The notes beneath the pieces are model-generated. The model searched no databases, was not told where the DNA came from, and saw nothing but the letters and a program-made list of their open reading frames with translations. The translations under genes were made by a program, and so were the position numbers. Below, piece by piece: positions 48,245 through 59,128 of a stretch of DNA of 64,000 bases. Source of the DNA: an uncultured Pseudomonadota bacterium (GTDB lineage Bacteria; Oederibacteriota; Muellerivitia; Muellerivitales; Muellerivitaceae); contig CAVYRH010000026.1 in NCBI GenBank assembly GCA_963770835.1, positions 32,001 to 96,000 of the forward strand, given 5' to 3'. The first letter of the stretch is position 1, and each line of letters starts with the position of its first letter.

Positions 48245-49166
48245 TCAGAAATTGAAATCCCCAAATTTGTGGCCCGTGACGCGCTCGTAGGCTTCCACGT
48301 ATTTTTCACGGGTTTTAACGACAATTTCCTCGGGCAAGACCGGACCGGGCGGGGTCTTGTTCCAATCCTTCAGGGTCTCCAAGTAGTCCCGCACGAACTG
48401 CTTATCGAAGCTCTTTTGGGAGACGCCTTCTTTGTATTCATCCTTGGGCCAGAAACGGGAGGAGTCGGGGGTCATTACCTCGTCGATGAGGATGAGATGG
48501 CCGTTCAAAAGGCCGAATTCAAACTTGGTATCGGCGATGATGATGCCCTTGGCGTCCGCCAGATCCCGGCCCCGTTTGTAGACATCCAAGCTCACTTCCC
48601 TCACCTTTTCGGCCAGGCCGTCATCCTTCAGGATCTTTTTCATCTCCTCGAAGGAAATATTGACGTCGTGCCCCTGCTCCGCCTTAGTGGAGGGTGTAAA
48701 GATGGGTTCGGGAATGCGGGAGGATTCCACCAGGCCCTGGGGCAGGTCGATGCCGCAGACTTTGCCTGTCTTCTGGTATTCCTTCAGGCCCGAGCCGGTC
48801 AAGTATCCCCGTACAATGCATTCGGCGGGAAGGGGCTTGGCTTTTTTGACGATCATGGAGCGGTGGATGAGCTGGTCCTTGGCTTTCTGGAAGGGTTCGG
48901 GCAGGGTGGATATGTCGGTGGAAAGGACGTGGTTGGGGATGACGCCCTCCACCATGTTTGAACCAATAGCTGGAAATCTGGTTCAACACCACCCCTTTGT
49001 CGGGGATGCCGTTGGGCATGATCACGTCGAAGGCCGAAATGCGGTCGGTGACCACGATCAACAGCTTGTCGCCCAGGTCGTAAATGTCCCGCACCTTGCC
49101 GCGTTTGGGCGCGGGCACGCCGGGTATGTTCGTCTGCAAAACAACAGGGGATTGGGTCACGGACAT
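48245..49166 (-). pseudogene. purC: SAICAR synthetase split by a single extra base near 48956-48959 (true frameshift or sequence error)
   Basis: N-part [16 protein letters not shown] in ORF 48684-49166; C-part [36 protein letters not shown] in ORF 48245-48955. Confidence 0.92.
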
Positions 49167-49167
49167 T

Positions 49168-50133
49168 TCACTTCTCCTGTTTTTGAGTTTGTAACCATTT
49201 CACGTACTTCGCCACGCCTTCCTCCACCGGAAGGAAGGATTCGGAATAACCCGCTTTCTTCATCTTCCCCATCTCCGCTTGGGTGAAATACTGGTAACCG
49301 GCGCGGAACTTCTCCGGTGTATCCACCCATTCAATTTTAGGTTCCTTACCCACGGCCTTGAACAGGGCTTTGGAAACATCCACGAAAGTCCGGGCCTGTC
49401 CCGTGCCGCAGTTGTAGATGCCGGAGGGCGGGTTCTTTTCCAGGCAGAAGAGGCAGAGCTTCACGATGTCGTCCACGAAGATAAAATCCCGTTTTTGCTC
49501 GCCGTCCTTGATCCCTTCCTTATGGGAACGGAAAAGGGTCTGTTTCCCCGTTTTCAAGATCTCACAGAAGCCGTGGAACACCGGCGAGGCCATGCGACCC
49601 TTGTGGTTCTCATCCATGCCGTAAACGTTGAAAAACTTGAGCCCATACCAGCGGGGCGGGGCGGCTTTCTGCGCCAAGGCCCAAAGATCAAATTCATGCT
49701 TGCTCTTGCCGTAAACGTTCAGGGGTTTGTATTGGGAGGTCTCCTTATGGTCGTCCGAATAGCCTTCCTCACCTTTTCCATAGGTGGCGCCGCTGGAGGC
49801 GTAGATGAGAGGGATTTTCCTCTCCGCGCACCACTGCCAGAGAACCTTGGTGTAGTCGGTGTTCATCTTCCACATATAGGCCTGATCGTGGTTGCCCGTG
49901 TCGGTGCAGGCGCCCAGGTGAATGACCGCGGTAATGTTTTGGAGGCGGGGTAATTCCACTAGCAGGTTCTCACGGTCAATAAAGGGAAGGGATTCTAGCC
50001 CTTTCACGCAAGAACGGTTATCGCGGTATTCAGGCTTGTCGACGAGAAGAAGGTCCTTTTGCCCTTTTTCCAAAAGGGTATGGGCCAAGCGGGCGCCGAT
50101 GAAGCCATAGGCGCCGGTTAAAAGTAGGGTCAT
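49168..50133 (-). CDS. hldD: ADP-L-glycero-D-manno-heptose 6-epimerase
   Basis: [54 protein letters not shown]. Confidence 0.93.
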   Translation of the reverse strand: MTLLLTGAYGFIGARLAHTLLEKGQKDLLLVDKPEYRDNRSCVKGLESLPFIDRENLLVELPRLQNITAVIHLGACTDTGNHDQAYMWKMNTDYTKVLWQWCAERKIPLIYASSGATYGKGEEGYSDDHKETSQYKPLNVYGKSKHEFDLWALAQKAAPPRWYGLKFFNVYGMDENHKGRMASPVFHGFCEILKTGKQTLFRSHKEGIKDGEQKRDFIFVDDIVKLCLFCLEKNPPSGIYNCGTGQARTFVDVSKALFKAVGKEPKIEWVDTPEKFRAGYQYFTQAEMGKMKKAGYSESFLPVEEGVAKYVKWLQTQKQEK

Positions 50134-50183
50134 GCAACATCCTTGAAAACCTTGGAATTAAAGGAGGCATTATAAACAGCCAG

Positions 50184-50289
50184 TTTTGAATTATGAATTC
50201 TTAATTATGAATTATGGATTTTTTCAGCCGAAGTTCGGCTGAAAAACGACCACAATTTAAAATTCAACATTCCAAATTTATAATTCCGG
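50184..50289. repeat. Inverted AT-rich 7-mer arrays flanking a perfect hairpin
   Basis: (gaattat)n ... tttttcagccgaa-g-ttcggctgaaaaa ... (aattcaa-like)n. Confidence 0.75.
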
Positions 50290-50297
50290 GATTGATT

Positions 50298-51452
50298 TTA
50301 AATCCCGGCAACCGGGTGGGGGGAACGGTCCAAGGCGAAGGGGGTTAAATCCAGCGAAGGCCTTTCGCCCAAGAGCGCCTGGGACATTAATTCACCCGTC
50401 ACCGCCGAAAGCAGGATGCCGTGCGTGAAATGTCCTGTGGCTAAAAACAGCCATTCCATTCCGGGCACCTGTCCCAAATAAGGCCAGCCGTCCACCGAGC
50501 CGGGCCGCAGTCCCGCCCAAGTGTCCTCGATCAGCTGTTGGGAGAGGCCCGGCAGCAGCTTCGCCGCGCCGGTCTTTAATTTTTCCATGCCCTCCGGCGT
50601 GGTGGCTTTGTCAAAGCCCGCGTCCTCCAGGGTGCTTCCCACGTATATATGGCCGTCCCGCCGGGGGACGATGTAGATAAAGGTCTTTTGGATTCCGGTG
50701 AAAAGGATATGACGGAGGGTTTGGGGAGCCGCCCGGAACATGACCACTTGGCCCCGGAAAGGTTTCGTCGCCAAGCGGAGGCCCAGTTTTTCGGCGAGAA
50801 GGCCGGACCAGGCGCCGGAAGCCACCACGACGGCGTCTCCCTCCAGAACCCCCTTGGAAGTCCTGACGCCGGTGACCTGGCGGCCCTTGACCAGGAAATC
50901 CTCCACCGCCTCCAATTCCCTCAATTCCACTTTTCCTTTTTGGAGAACTTGCAGCAAGGCCCGGGTCAATCGGGGTGAACGGACTTGCCGGGTTTCCTTG
51001 AGGTAAAAGGCCGATTGGATTTTGGGAGAAAGACCGGGTTCCCTTTGGGCGGCCTGGGAGGGAGTGATCCATTCTCCCGAAAGGCCGAAGGTTTTAAGGT
51101 TACCCTCCATCCGGTGGATCGCGGTCTCTTCTTCCCCGTTGAAGGCCAGGTCCAGGCTGCCCGAATCCAGCAGTTCGGGGTCCACACCGCTTTCCTTCTT
51201 GAGCCGCGCGGCCCATTCGGGGAAAAGGTCGTAGGATTTTTTGCAAAGGCTGAAAAAGGCGCCGCCCACGCCGGAGGCGCTTCGCAGGTCCAGGTAACCG
51301 GCGCCCGCCCAGGAAGCCTCCCGCGCGAAGGGGCCCTTCTCCACCACCACGGGCTCCAGGCCCCGGCGCAGGCAATGTTCGGCGATGGAAAGGCCGATCA
51401 CACCCCCGCCCACGATGATGACTCGACGGCCCAAGGCTTGTCTCCCTGGCAA
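50298..51452 (-). CDS. thiO: Glycine oxidase
   Basis: IVGGGVIG, ASWAGAG, WAGLRPG, ATGHF.HGILL. Confidence 0.88.
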   Translation of the reverse strand: MPGRQALGRRVIIVGGGVIGLSIAEHCLRRGLEPVVVEKGPFAREASWAGAGYLDLRSASGVGGAFFSLCKKSYDLFPEWAARLKKESGVDPELLDSGSLDLAFNGEEETAIHRMEGNLKTFGLSGEWITPSQAAQREPGLSPKIQSAFYLKETRQVRSPRLTRALLQVLQKGKVELRELEAVEDFLVKGRQVTGVRTSKGVLEGDAVVVASGAWSGLLAEKLGLRLATKPFRGQVVMFRAAPQTLRHILFTGIQKTFIYIVPRRDGHIYVGSTLEDAGFDKATTPEGMEKLKTGAAKLLPGLSQQLIEDTWAGLRPGSVDGWPYLGQVPGMEWLFLATGHFTHGILLSAVTGELMSQALLGERPSLDLTPFALDRSPHPVAGI

Positions 51453-51510
51453 GGATTTTGGAAAAAGATATTATAACGGTCCTGTTTAAAGAGGCCGTCT
51501 TTCATCCCAA

Positions 51511-51545
51511 TAAAAAAGCCTTCCCCCGGATGGAGGAAGGCTTTA
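51511..51545 (-). terminator. Rho-independent terminator
   Basis: aaagccttcc...ggaaggcttt with a T-tract on the minus strand. Confidence 0.8.
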
Positions 51546-51565
51546 AGAAATCCGGAAACGGCTGG

Positions 51566-52195
51566 TTAGTTACCGGTCGTAGTCGCCGCGCCGCCTGCCG
51601 GGGGAGTATCCCCACCGGTGGTGCCGCCGGGCGTTTTCCCGCCTCCGGTGGCGGAGGGAGGTTGCAGGAAAGCGTAAGCGCGGATGGCCCGGGCTTTCCA
51701 GCCCTTGCCGCCACGGTTCACCATAACGCTGTAAACGTGGATGTTCATGGGGCCTGCGGCGTTTCCATCGGGATTCTTCATGCCGGTCACGGTGGAGGTG
51801 CAATCCACCAAGGCAAGGTTGTTCATCACCCAGACGAAGCTGAAATCACTGAAAGCCTGAGTGGTCCCACTCATCGGGCCAGCCAAGTCGGCGGCGATGA
51901 CCTTTTGGACTCCCGCCATGCCCTGGCCTTCCGTTCCCATGGGGTTGATCAAGGTAGCGTCTGAAGTAAAGAAAGAGGCAATGGTCGTGGCATCGCCGGA
52001 AGCCCAGGCCGTGGCAAAGTCCGAAAAGGCCTGTTGGATGCCCGCTTCATCGCCGCCAGCCATGTGGACCTTGGCCTTCTTCGCCGGCGCGGAAGCGGGG
52101 GCGTCCCCAGCAGCGGGGGTTGAGGCTTGGTCCTGGGCTAAAAGCGGGGTGGAGAACAACAACAAGATTGCGGCAACAGCCAAAATTTTCTTCAT
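51566..52195 (-). CDS. Secreted NTF2-like (SgcJ/DUF4440) protein
   Basis: Signal peptide; DEAGI......F..AW..GD...IA..FT.DA.LINP.G. Confidence 0.82.
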   Translation of the reverse strand: MKKILAVAAILLLFSTPLLAQDQASTPAAGDAPASAPAKKAKVHMAGGDEAGIQQAFSDFATAWASGDATTIASFFTSDATLINPMGTEGQGMAGVQKVIAADLAGPMSGTTQAFSDFSFVWVMNNLALVDCTSTVTGMKNPDGNAAGPMNIHVYSVMVNRGGKGWKARAIRAYAFLQPPSATGGGKTPGGTTGGDTPPAGGAATTTGN

Positions 52196-52355
52196 AAAAT
52201 ACGTCTCCTTCGTTCCCTAAGGATGAAAACGGGCACATTATCCCTGCCCTTTCCGGCATCGTCAACTTTTCTCAAGGGTGATCATAGGGGTATTGATCCT
52301 CCCGGCCCGCCGATATACTAACAACCCCAGGTCATGGATTAACTCGGAGGCTTTC

Positions 52356-54266
52356 ATGCGGAAACTTTTAACCATCCTTTTACTTCTTTCGTCCTTTTCG
52401 GCGGTTCCCCGGCCGTCCCAGGCCGCTTCCTCCGATTTCTTCACGGTGAAGTGGAAGGACGGCAAAGCCTGGTTCATCTCCCCCCTCCACAAACCCTTCC
52501 TCTCCATGGGGGTCAACGCCATCGCCGACCAGTCCTACCGGGCCCCCAACGACGATTATTACAACCCGGTGAAAAACCAATACGGCGGCAATAAGAAAGC
52601 CTGGATGAAAGGCGTCTTTATCCGGTTGAAGCGGTGGCATTTCAACACCCTCGGCTGCTGGTCGGACGACGACTTGACGGGTCAGAAGTTTCCCTACACC
52701 CCCATGCTTTACCTCGCCCGCGGGAACAAGTGGGACGACGTGCTGCTTTCGGTTTTCACCGCCGACTTCGAGGCACGCGTCCGGGAGAACGCCAAACAAG
52801 CCGTGAAACTCAAGGAGGATCCCTACCTCTTGGGCTATTTCCTGGACAACGAAATGCCCTGGTGGGGCGATTACGGCTGGCACGCGGAAGGACAGCAAAC
52901 CCTGCTGGAAAAATACGCCTTGGGCGGCGTGGACAACGCGAATAAGGAGGCACTCGAGAAATTTTTCGTGGAACGGTACAACAACGATATCGAGGCCTTC
53001 GACACGGCCTGGGGACTCGACTTGAAGTCCTTTGAGGAGATGGAGGGGCCCGTGACCCTGGCGGTGAAGACCCGGAAACAAAAGGAGGAAGCCAACGCCT
53101 GGGCGGGCATGGTGGCCGAGCGTTATTTCTCCGTAACCACCAAGGCCCTGCGGGATGCGGACCCGAACCACCTCATCTTAGGCGTCCGTTTCGCGGGGGA
53201 GACGCCCTGGGAGGTCGTGGAAGCCTGCGGCCGCTACTGCGACGTGGTCTCGGTCAACCATTACGCGAAATCCGGCGACATTGACCAGGCGCTCCTGGAT
53301 AACTTCTACGCCAAAACCGGAAAACCCATCCTCATCACCGAGTATTCCTTCAGCGCCGCGGAAAACCAAAGCGCCGACCCCAACACTCACGGGGCGGACG
53401 TGGCTGTTCCCACCCAGAAGGACCGCGTGGACCATTTCAACCGTTACGCCCACGGGGCCCTGGGCCTTCCCTATATCGTGGGCCTGCACTGGTATGAGTG
53501 GTCCGATGAGTCCCCCGAGGGGCGCTTCGACGGCGAGAATTGCGACTACGGCCTGGTGGACATCCACGACCACGAATACACCCTCCTGACCCAGGCCCAC
53601 GCGAAGATGAACCTGATCGCGACCTCCCTCCACAAGAAATCGGACATCCCGCTTCCCCAGGGTTTCCAGGAGCCAAAAAGGGTGGATTACCGCAGGGCCG
53701 AGGCCGGAACAGCCGTGGCGTCGTCGCGGGATTTCCTCAAGATCGACAAGACCACCCATGTGGATACTTGGGGGGACGGCCCCAACGAGGGCAAGGCGGT
53801 GGCCGACACCACTTCGGGGGTCATCGTCCTGGATTACCAGACGGGCACGGGCTGGGGATGCGGGGCTTCCACCTACCCCAACATTCCGCCCCTGGTGTCG
53901 GGGGGGGGCGCGGATCTTCGCGGCTACAACTTCCTCGACTTCAAGGCCTTTGTGCCGAAGGGGACCAACTTCACCGTGTACATGAGCGAGTCCGGGACGG
54001 CCGCGCCGGGAATGCCCCAGTCCCAGTACGCCGGCCAGAACGGCGCGGACGGCGAATCCTATTCCTTTCCCCCCATGACCGGCACGGGAAAGTGGGAGGA
54101 CTACCGCGTGGATCTTTCCGAACTGGAACGCCGCACCACCTGGGGCAACCAGCACGGCAACAACATCCTGGACCTGCAGGCCCTCTCGGACGTGGATTTT
54201 TACCTGCCCGGCAACCAAGGCGCGGGCCGAATGCTGGTGAAGGACCTGGTGTTCCGGGAGAAATAA
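52356..54266 (+). CDS. Secreted agarase-like clan GH-A glycoside hydrolase with C-terminal CBM-like domain
   Basis: FLSMGVN, FNTLGCWS, GYFLDNE, DPNHLILG.RF, PILITEYSF, GLHWY. Confidence 0.82.
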   Translation: MRKLLTILLLLSSFSAVPRPSQAASSDFFTVKWKDGKAWFISPLHKPFLSMGVNAIADQSYRAPNDDYYNPVKNQYGGNKKAWMKGVFIRLKRWHFNTLGCWSDDDLTGQKFPYTPMLYLARGNKWDDVLLSVFTADFEARVRENAKQAVKLKEDPYLLGYFLDNEMPWWGDYGWHAEGQQTLLEKYALGGVDNANKEALEKFFVERYNNDIEAFDTAWGLDLKSFEEMEGPVTLAVKTRKQKEEANAWAGMVAERYFSVTTKALRDADPNHLILGVRFAGETPWEVVEACGRYCDVVSVNHYAKSGDIDQALLDNFYAKTGKPILITEYSFSAAENQSADPNTHGADVAVPTQKDRVDHFNRYAHGALGLPYIVGLHWYEWSDESPEGRFDGENCDYGLVDIHDHEYTLLTQAHAKMNLIATSLHKKSDIPLPQGFQEPKRVDYRRAEAGTAVASSRDFLKIDKTTHVDTWGDGPNEGKAVADTTSGVIVLDYQTGTGWGCGASTYPNIPPLVSGGGADLRGYNFLDFKAFVPKGTNFTVYMSESGTAAPGMPQSQYAGQNGADGESYSFPPMTGTGKWEDYRVDLSELERRTTWGNQHGNNILDLQALSDVDFYLPGNQGAGRMLVKDLVFREK

Positions 54267-54272
54267 TCTTCC

Positions 54273-54863
54273 ATGGAAATTACCCAAACCCTTTATGTCC
54301 ATCAGGTGTCCTATTGGCGCAGGTGGCTCAAGAAAAACCATAATGCCACCCGGGAAATCTGGCTCGTCTATTACAAGAAGGCCAGCGGGAAACCGCGCAT
54401 CGCCTACAACGACGCGGTGGACGAGGCCCTTTGCTTCGGGTGGATCGACTCGACGGTCAAGAAGCTGGACCAAGACCGCTTTTGCCAGAGGTTCACGCCC
54501 CGAAAACCCGGTTCGCCTTGCTCGGAAATGAACAAGGCCCGGGCTCACCGTATGATCAAGGAGGGAAGAATGACCCCGGCGGGCCTGGAGGCATTGAAGG
54601 GGGTCCTGGGCCACGGGGCGAAGATCACGAAGCGGGGAATCCACCATCCCCAAGGCTGGACCGTCCCGCCCGACATCCGGACGGCGATCCAGAAGGACAA
54701 GCTGGCGTGGAAGCACTTCCAAAAATTTTCGGATACCTACCAGCGCATCCGCATCGCCTTTATCGAAGGCGCCCGGAAGCGGCCCGAGGAATTCAGACGC
54801 CGTTTAAACAATTTCTTGAAAAGGACGGCCAAAAACCAGAGGTTTGGAATGATCCAGGAATAA
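54273..54863 (+). CDS. YdeI/OmpD-associated family protein
   Basis: WRRWLKKNH...EIWL...AVDEALCFGWIDS. Confidence 0.92.
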   Translation: MEITQTLYVHQVSYWRRWLKKNHNATREIWLVYYKKASGKPRIAYNDAVDEALCFGWIDSTVKKLDQDRFCQRFTPRKPGSPCSEMNKARAHRMIKEGRMTPAGLEALKGVLGHGAKITKRGIHHPQGWTVPPDIRTAIQKDKLAWKHFQKFSDTYQRIRIAFIEGARKRPEEFRRRLNNFLKRTAKNQRFGMIQE

Positions 54864-55066
54864 GCCGGAGCCTAAACCGTCCGCCCCTTTGGGGTAAAAA
54901 AAGTTCCGAGGGTAGACCCCAAGAGAACCGGAAGTTGGTATTCTTATAAACTCAGGGTTGGGCGGTTTTTCGCCGGCCCTTTATGCTGGATTAAATCTTA
55001 AACAGATTGATGAAAAAGTCCAAAATATGGACTATTTCATATTTGTGTCGCGAATCACTCCTTGTA

Positions 55067-55079
55067 AATCAAGGAGTTA
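55067..55079 (+). promoter_or_regulatory. IHF-consensus-like site
   Basis: aatcaaggagtta fits WATCAANNNNTTR; short motif, may be chance. Confidence 0.3.
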
Positions 55080-55154
55080 AAAACGATTCGCTTTTAGCCC
55101 GTGGCTGTTGACAGTGTGTAAATGTATTTTTTGAGCACCCTGTAAAGGAATCCT

Positions 55155-58100
55155 ATGGCGATCCAACGAATCTTCCGGGCACTTGCATTCATTCTTTCAG
55201 CGTTCCTTTTGATCTCCGGCCTTGCGAGCAGACCTCTCTTCGCCCAAACAGTCGTCACCACTAATGCCGGGGATGAAAGCGTCAATTCGCTGGGCTGGGC
55301 GGTCACCAACCTGAACAACCCGGGGGCCGGGGCCATCAGCATTGAGAATTCCGTGGGCCTCATCACCCTGTCGTCATCCCTGTCCGCGTTTCCCGTGGCT
55401 TCCCGGGCCGTAACCTTCCAGGGAACGGCCCCGGGTGTCATCGCCCAAAACGATGCCCAGGCCCAGTTCCTTTTCCAACAGTCTTTTACGCTGGATAATT
55501 CCGCCGCCCTCACGCTGACCAACAACGGGGCTTTGTCCTCGGGGCTGGACGCGGCCATGACCGCGGCTTCCTTCAACCTCTCCTCCAATTCCTCCTTTTC
55601 CATTACCGGCGGTGTTGGTGCCATCAATGCCATCAGCGGAAGCGCCTTTGTCACCCTGGGCACGGCCTCAGCCGCGAGCGGGTCGGCTTTTCAAATCCAG
55701 GGCGGAGCGGGCGCCACCGGCACGGGCGTCGGGGGTGGGAATGGGGGTTCCGCGGCGGTTTCCGCCTCCACCCTGTCCCTTTCGGGCGCGACCGGCATCA
55801 TCGCCGGCGGAGCCGGCGGGGCGGATTCCTACACAAACGGCTTTGGGGGGGCCGCCACCCTTTCCGTGGGCTCCCTGAGCCTGGACACCGCGGCCCAATT
55901 AACCCTGGCCGGCGGCAACGGCGGGGCGAACACCGGGGCCGTGGGCAACGGTGGGAACGTTTTTTTGGGCGCCAATTCCGTTTCCTTGACGGGCACGAAC
56001 ACCCAATTAACAGTCGCGGGCGGTACCGGGGCCGACACCAATGTGACGAATAACGGGCCCGTCAACGCGGGGAATGGTGGGTCGGTTTCCATCGGGGCGG
56101 CTTCCTTGACCGTGGACTCCCAGGCCCTCCTCAGCGTGACCGGTGGGTCGGCGGGGACCGTTTTGCCCCCGGGTACAGGCCAGGGTGGAATAGCCGGCGG
56201 AGTGACGGTCGGCCTGGGCACCCTGGCGCTGACCAACGAGGGTTCCATGGGCGTCACCGCGGGGGAAGGCGGCCAGGGAAGCAAGGGGACGGCGGGAGGA
56301 AACGCCGAGGTGACGGCGAACGCCGTGACCCAGGGGACGGGTTCCACCCTCAGCCTCATCACCGGCGCGGGGGGCGGAAACCAAAGCGGCGGCAATTTGT
56401 ACTTCTACGTGGGCAGCCAAACCCTGGCCTCAGGGGCCACCTTTATCGCCGCCAGCGGATCGGGCGGCTCGGGAACGGCTATTGGCGGCAGCGGGGGAAT
56501 GGTTCAAGTGGATGTGCATGCGGTGAGCCTGGCCTCGGGCTCCCTCTGGGAAATTACGGGCGGCGCGGGGGGAACGGGCACCTCTTCCAACGGCTCGGGC
56601 GGGGGCGTTGACGCGAACTTGGCCGACCTGGAAGGCCTGGGCGGCACCGTCACCATGGGGGGCTCGGGCCCCCTCACCCTGCAGCTGACGGGCGGTAATT
56701 TCGCGGGCGTGATTGCCGGCGCGGAAGGCCTGCTGGTCAACTCCTATGGCGTGGTGAACCTGTCGGGCAACAACACCTATAGCGGTGGCACCACGCTTTC
56801 CAACGGAACCGTCATCGTCAGTTCGGATGCCAACCTGGGGACGGGGAATATCACTTTGGATGATGGGACGCTGCAAATGGAGGGTCCGCCCGGCATGGGC
56901 TTGGTCACCTCCAAGGCCGTCAGCTTGACCGCGAATGGAGGGACGTTCTACGCGGGTAATACTTCGAGCTTTAATACCTTCTCCGGCGTCATTTCGGGGC
57001 CCGGAGGCTTGGAGATAAACGGGGGCGGGTTGGTTAACTTCGATGCCGTCAACACCTACACCGGTCCGACGACGGTTTTAAACGGAGGACTTTACCTTAA
57101 CAGCGGCGCCCAGATCGCCGGGCCCGTGACAGTGGATACCGCGGGGACCCTAATGGGCAATGGGACCGTGTTGGGGGCCGTTTCCAACAACGGAGTAGTG
57201 CAAGGAGGGACGTCCAATTTCCCCGCGACCCTCACGGTGGCCAGCTACACTCAAACTTCCAACGGCTTTTTGCAGGCCAATCTGTCGCCCACCCAGTCCA
57301 GCCTCCTGGCCGTCAACGGCGTGGCAAACCTGGGCGGCGCGGTGACCGTGGACCAACTGGCGGGGACCTATGACAATTTCCGCTACCGCTACTCGATCCT
57401 TTCGGCTGGCTCCATTTCCAACTCCTTCAACGGTACTTCCGGCACCTATCTGCCGGACTGGGACTCGACTCTCTCCTATAGTTCGGGCCTGGTCAGCCTC
57501 ATCCTCTACCGCACCAACGTGGATTACATCCCCTGGGCGGTTGGCGCCAACCAGCTGGCGGTGGCCAAGGCCTTGAACGCGGCCGTTTCCACGGGAAGCG
57601 ACAGCCTGGCGGTCAAGCTGAACGAGATCTACGCCCTGCCCTCAGGCCAAGGCGCGGTCCTGGGCCAATTGACGGGCAACCTCTACACGGCCCTTCCCAA
57701 CGTCCTACTGGACAACCTCCAGTTCGAGGACAGCCTGCTCTTCGACCGCCTGGACGGCGGGGTGGGAAGCGCGATGGGGGGCGCCCAAGCGGGCCTGGTG
57801 CGCGATATCGTTTCAGCGGAAGTCTCCGGTCCGGCGGGTAACGCGGCGGGGCTGGCCAACCCGGGCGTCGGGGGCTTGTGGGTGGAGAACACCGACAGCG
57901 CGGGAACGGTCAACGGCGATTCCAACAACGGCAGCTTCAACAAGTCCAACTACGGTTTCCTGGCGGGGTATGACACGGAACTTTCAAAGGGTTTCACCGG
58001 CGGCATCATGGGCGGTTATGTGCACACGGACATCACTTCCTCCGACTCCAGCCAAACGGCGGGGATAAACGGTACCCAGTTCGGCCTCTATGGCCGCAAG

Positions 58101-58700
58101 CAATTCGGCGCGTTGGGGGTCGGCCTGGTGGCGGGTTACAGCCTGGACCACTTCACGGCCAACCGCGGCGTTTCCATCGGCAGCGACGTAACCCAGTTAG
58201 CGGGGGCCTACGACGGCGGCCAGATCCAGGCGGCTCTGCAGGGGGATTACGCCCTGGATTTTTCGGGCTTCACCTTGAAGCCCCTGGTGGGCCTGCAATA
58301 CGCGCACTTGAGCGAAAACGCCTTTACCGAAACGGGCTCGGACAGCCTGGCGCTTTCGGTGCCGGCCCAAAGCTACGATTCCTTGAGGCCTTACCTGGGC
58401 GTCGAGGGGTTTCAGTATCTCGCCCTGGACCAGGACCTGGGCCTCCTGCCCCGGGTGAACGTTTCGGTCAGCGAGGAGATGATGGACTCGGCGGCGGGTT
58501 TCGCCACGGCCCTCAACGGAGCTCCCGGCAATTCTTTCACGGTGACCGGCATCACGCCCTCGGCCACCACCATCAGCCTGGAAGCGGGGACAAAGCTGGT
58601 TTTCGGCAAGCAGTTCAACCTCTTCGCCAATTACCAGGGCCACTTCAGCGGGACCGAAAACCTCAATACCTTCAACGGCGGGCTGGACATCGCTTTTTAA
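55155..58700 (+). CDS. Type Va autotransporter with Gly-rich passenger
   Basis: Signal peptide; LSGNNTYSGGTT / NTYTGPTTV..G.L repeats; C-terminal beta-barrel ending in F. Confidence 0.93.
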   Translation: MAIQRIFRALAFILSAFLLISGLASRPLFAQTVVTTNAGDESVNSLGWAVTNLNNPGAGAISIENSVGLITLSSSLSAFPVASRAVTFQGTAPGVIAQNDAQAQFLFQQSFTLDNSAALTLTNNGALSSGLDAAMTAASFNLSSNSSFSITGGVGAINAISGSAFVTLGTASAASGSAFQIQGGAGATGTGVGGGNGGSAAVSASTLSLSGATGIIAGGAGGADSYTNGFGGAATLSVGSLSLDTAAQLTLAGGNGGANTGAVGNGGNVFLGANSVSLTGTNTQLTVAGGTGADTNVTNNGPVNAGNGGSVSIGAASLTVDSQALLSVTGGSAGTVLPPGTGQGGIAGGVTVGLGTLALTNEGSMGVTAGEGGQGSKGTAGGNAEVTANAVTQGTGSTLSLITGAGGGNQSGGNLYFYVGSQTLASGATFIAASGSGGSGTAIGGSGGMVQVDVHAVSLASGSLWEITGGAGGTGTSSNGSGGGVDANLADLEGLGGTVTMGGSGPLTLQLTGGNFAGVIAGAEGLLVNSYGVVNLSGNNTYSGGTTLSNGTVIVSSDANLGTGNITLDDGTLQMEGPPGMGLVTSKAVSLTANGGTFYAGNTSSFNTFSGVISGPGGLEINGGGLVNFDAVNTYTGPTTVLNGGLYLNSGAQIAGPVTVDTAGTLMGNGTVLGAVSNNGVVQGGTSNFPATLTVASYTQTSNGFLQANLSPTQSSLLAVNGVANLGGAVTVDQLAGTYDNFRYRYSILSAGSISNSFNGTSGTYLPDWDSTLSYSSGLVSLILYRTNVDYIPWAVGANQLAVAKALNAAVSTGSDSLAVKLNEIYALPSGQGAVLGQLTGNLYTALPNVLLDNLQFEDSLLFDRLDGGVGSAMGGAQAGLVRDIVSAEVSGPAGNAAGLANPGVGGLWVENTDSAGTVNGDSNNGSFNKSNYGFLAGYDTELSKGFTGGIMGGYVHTDITSSDSSQTAGINGTQFGLYGRKQFGALGVGLVAGYSLDHFTANRGVSIGSDVTQLAGAYDGGQIQAALQGDYALDFSGFTLKPLVGLQYAHLSENAFTETGSDSLALSVPAQSYDSLRPYLGVEGFQYLALDQDLGLLPRVNVSVSEEMMDSAAGFATALNGAPGNSFTVTGITPSATTISLEAGTKLVFGKQFNLFANYQGHFSGTENLNTFNGGLDIAF

Positions 58701-58720
58701 GTCTCCACCTAAACGTCTAT

Positions 58721-58846
58721 TGGCCGCAAATTTTCGCGAATTTAAAAAACCTCAAGAAAAGAAATTTCATTTTTTTAAGAAATGAGGTGTCGAAGTTTCC
58801 TGTAAAAATCAGCGTCAATCCGTGCAAATTTGCGGCTAATGCCTTT
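58721..58846. repeat. GCCGCAAATT-family inverted repeat pair
   Basis: tggccgcaaattttcgcgaatt ... caaatttgcggctaatgccttt (reverse complement matches 5059-5078). Confidence 0.8.
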
Positions 58847-58933
58847 TTTGCTTCAACCGCCGTTTTTAGGCCTCCAGCTTCCGTTTTCGTTCCCCCTTCA
58901 AGGGCCTCCAACCCGGCATACGACGTCTAAAAG

Positions 58934-59076
58934 AGGTAACCTCTGAAAGACCCACTTCCGACGCCTAATGTCATCGGAGCGGACCGAAGGGCCCCCGTTT
59001 TGATTGAAAACTTAGGTTCTTCGTCCGAAAGGGCCTCTGGATGGCAACGACAAGGATAGTTTTTCAGAGGTTATCC
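58934..59076. mobile_element. 143-bp MITE-like element with degenerate GTCATC-type hairpin pair
   Basis: Perfect 12-bp inverted ends taacctctgaaa (58937-58948) / tttcagaggtta (59062-59073); ends resemble those of 31967-32122. Confidence 0.6.
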
Positions 59077-59128
59077 ATTTATCCAACTCAACCGGTTCGG
59101 GGAAGGACCGGGTCGAAAGGAAAATCCC

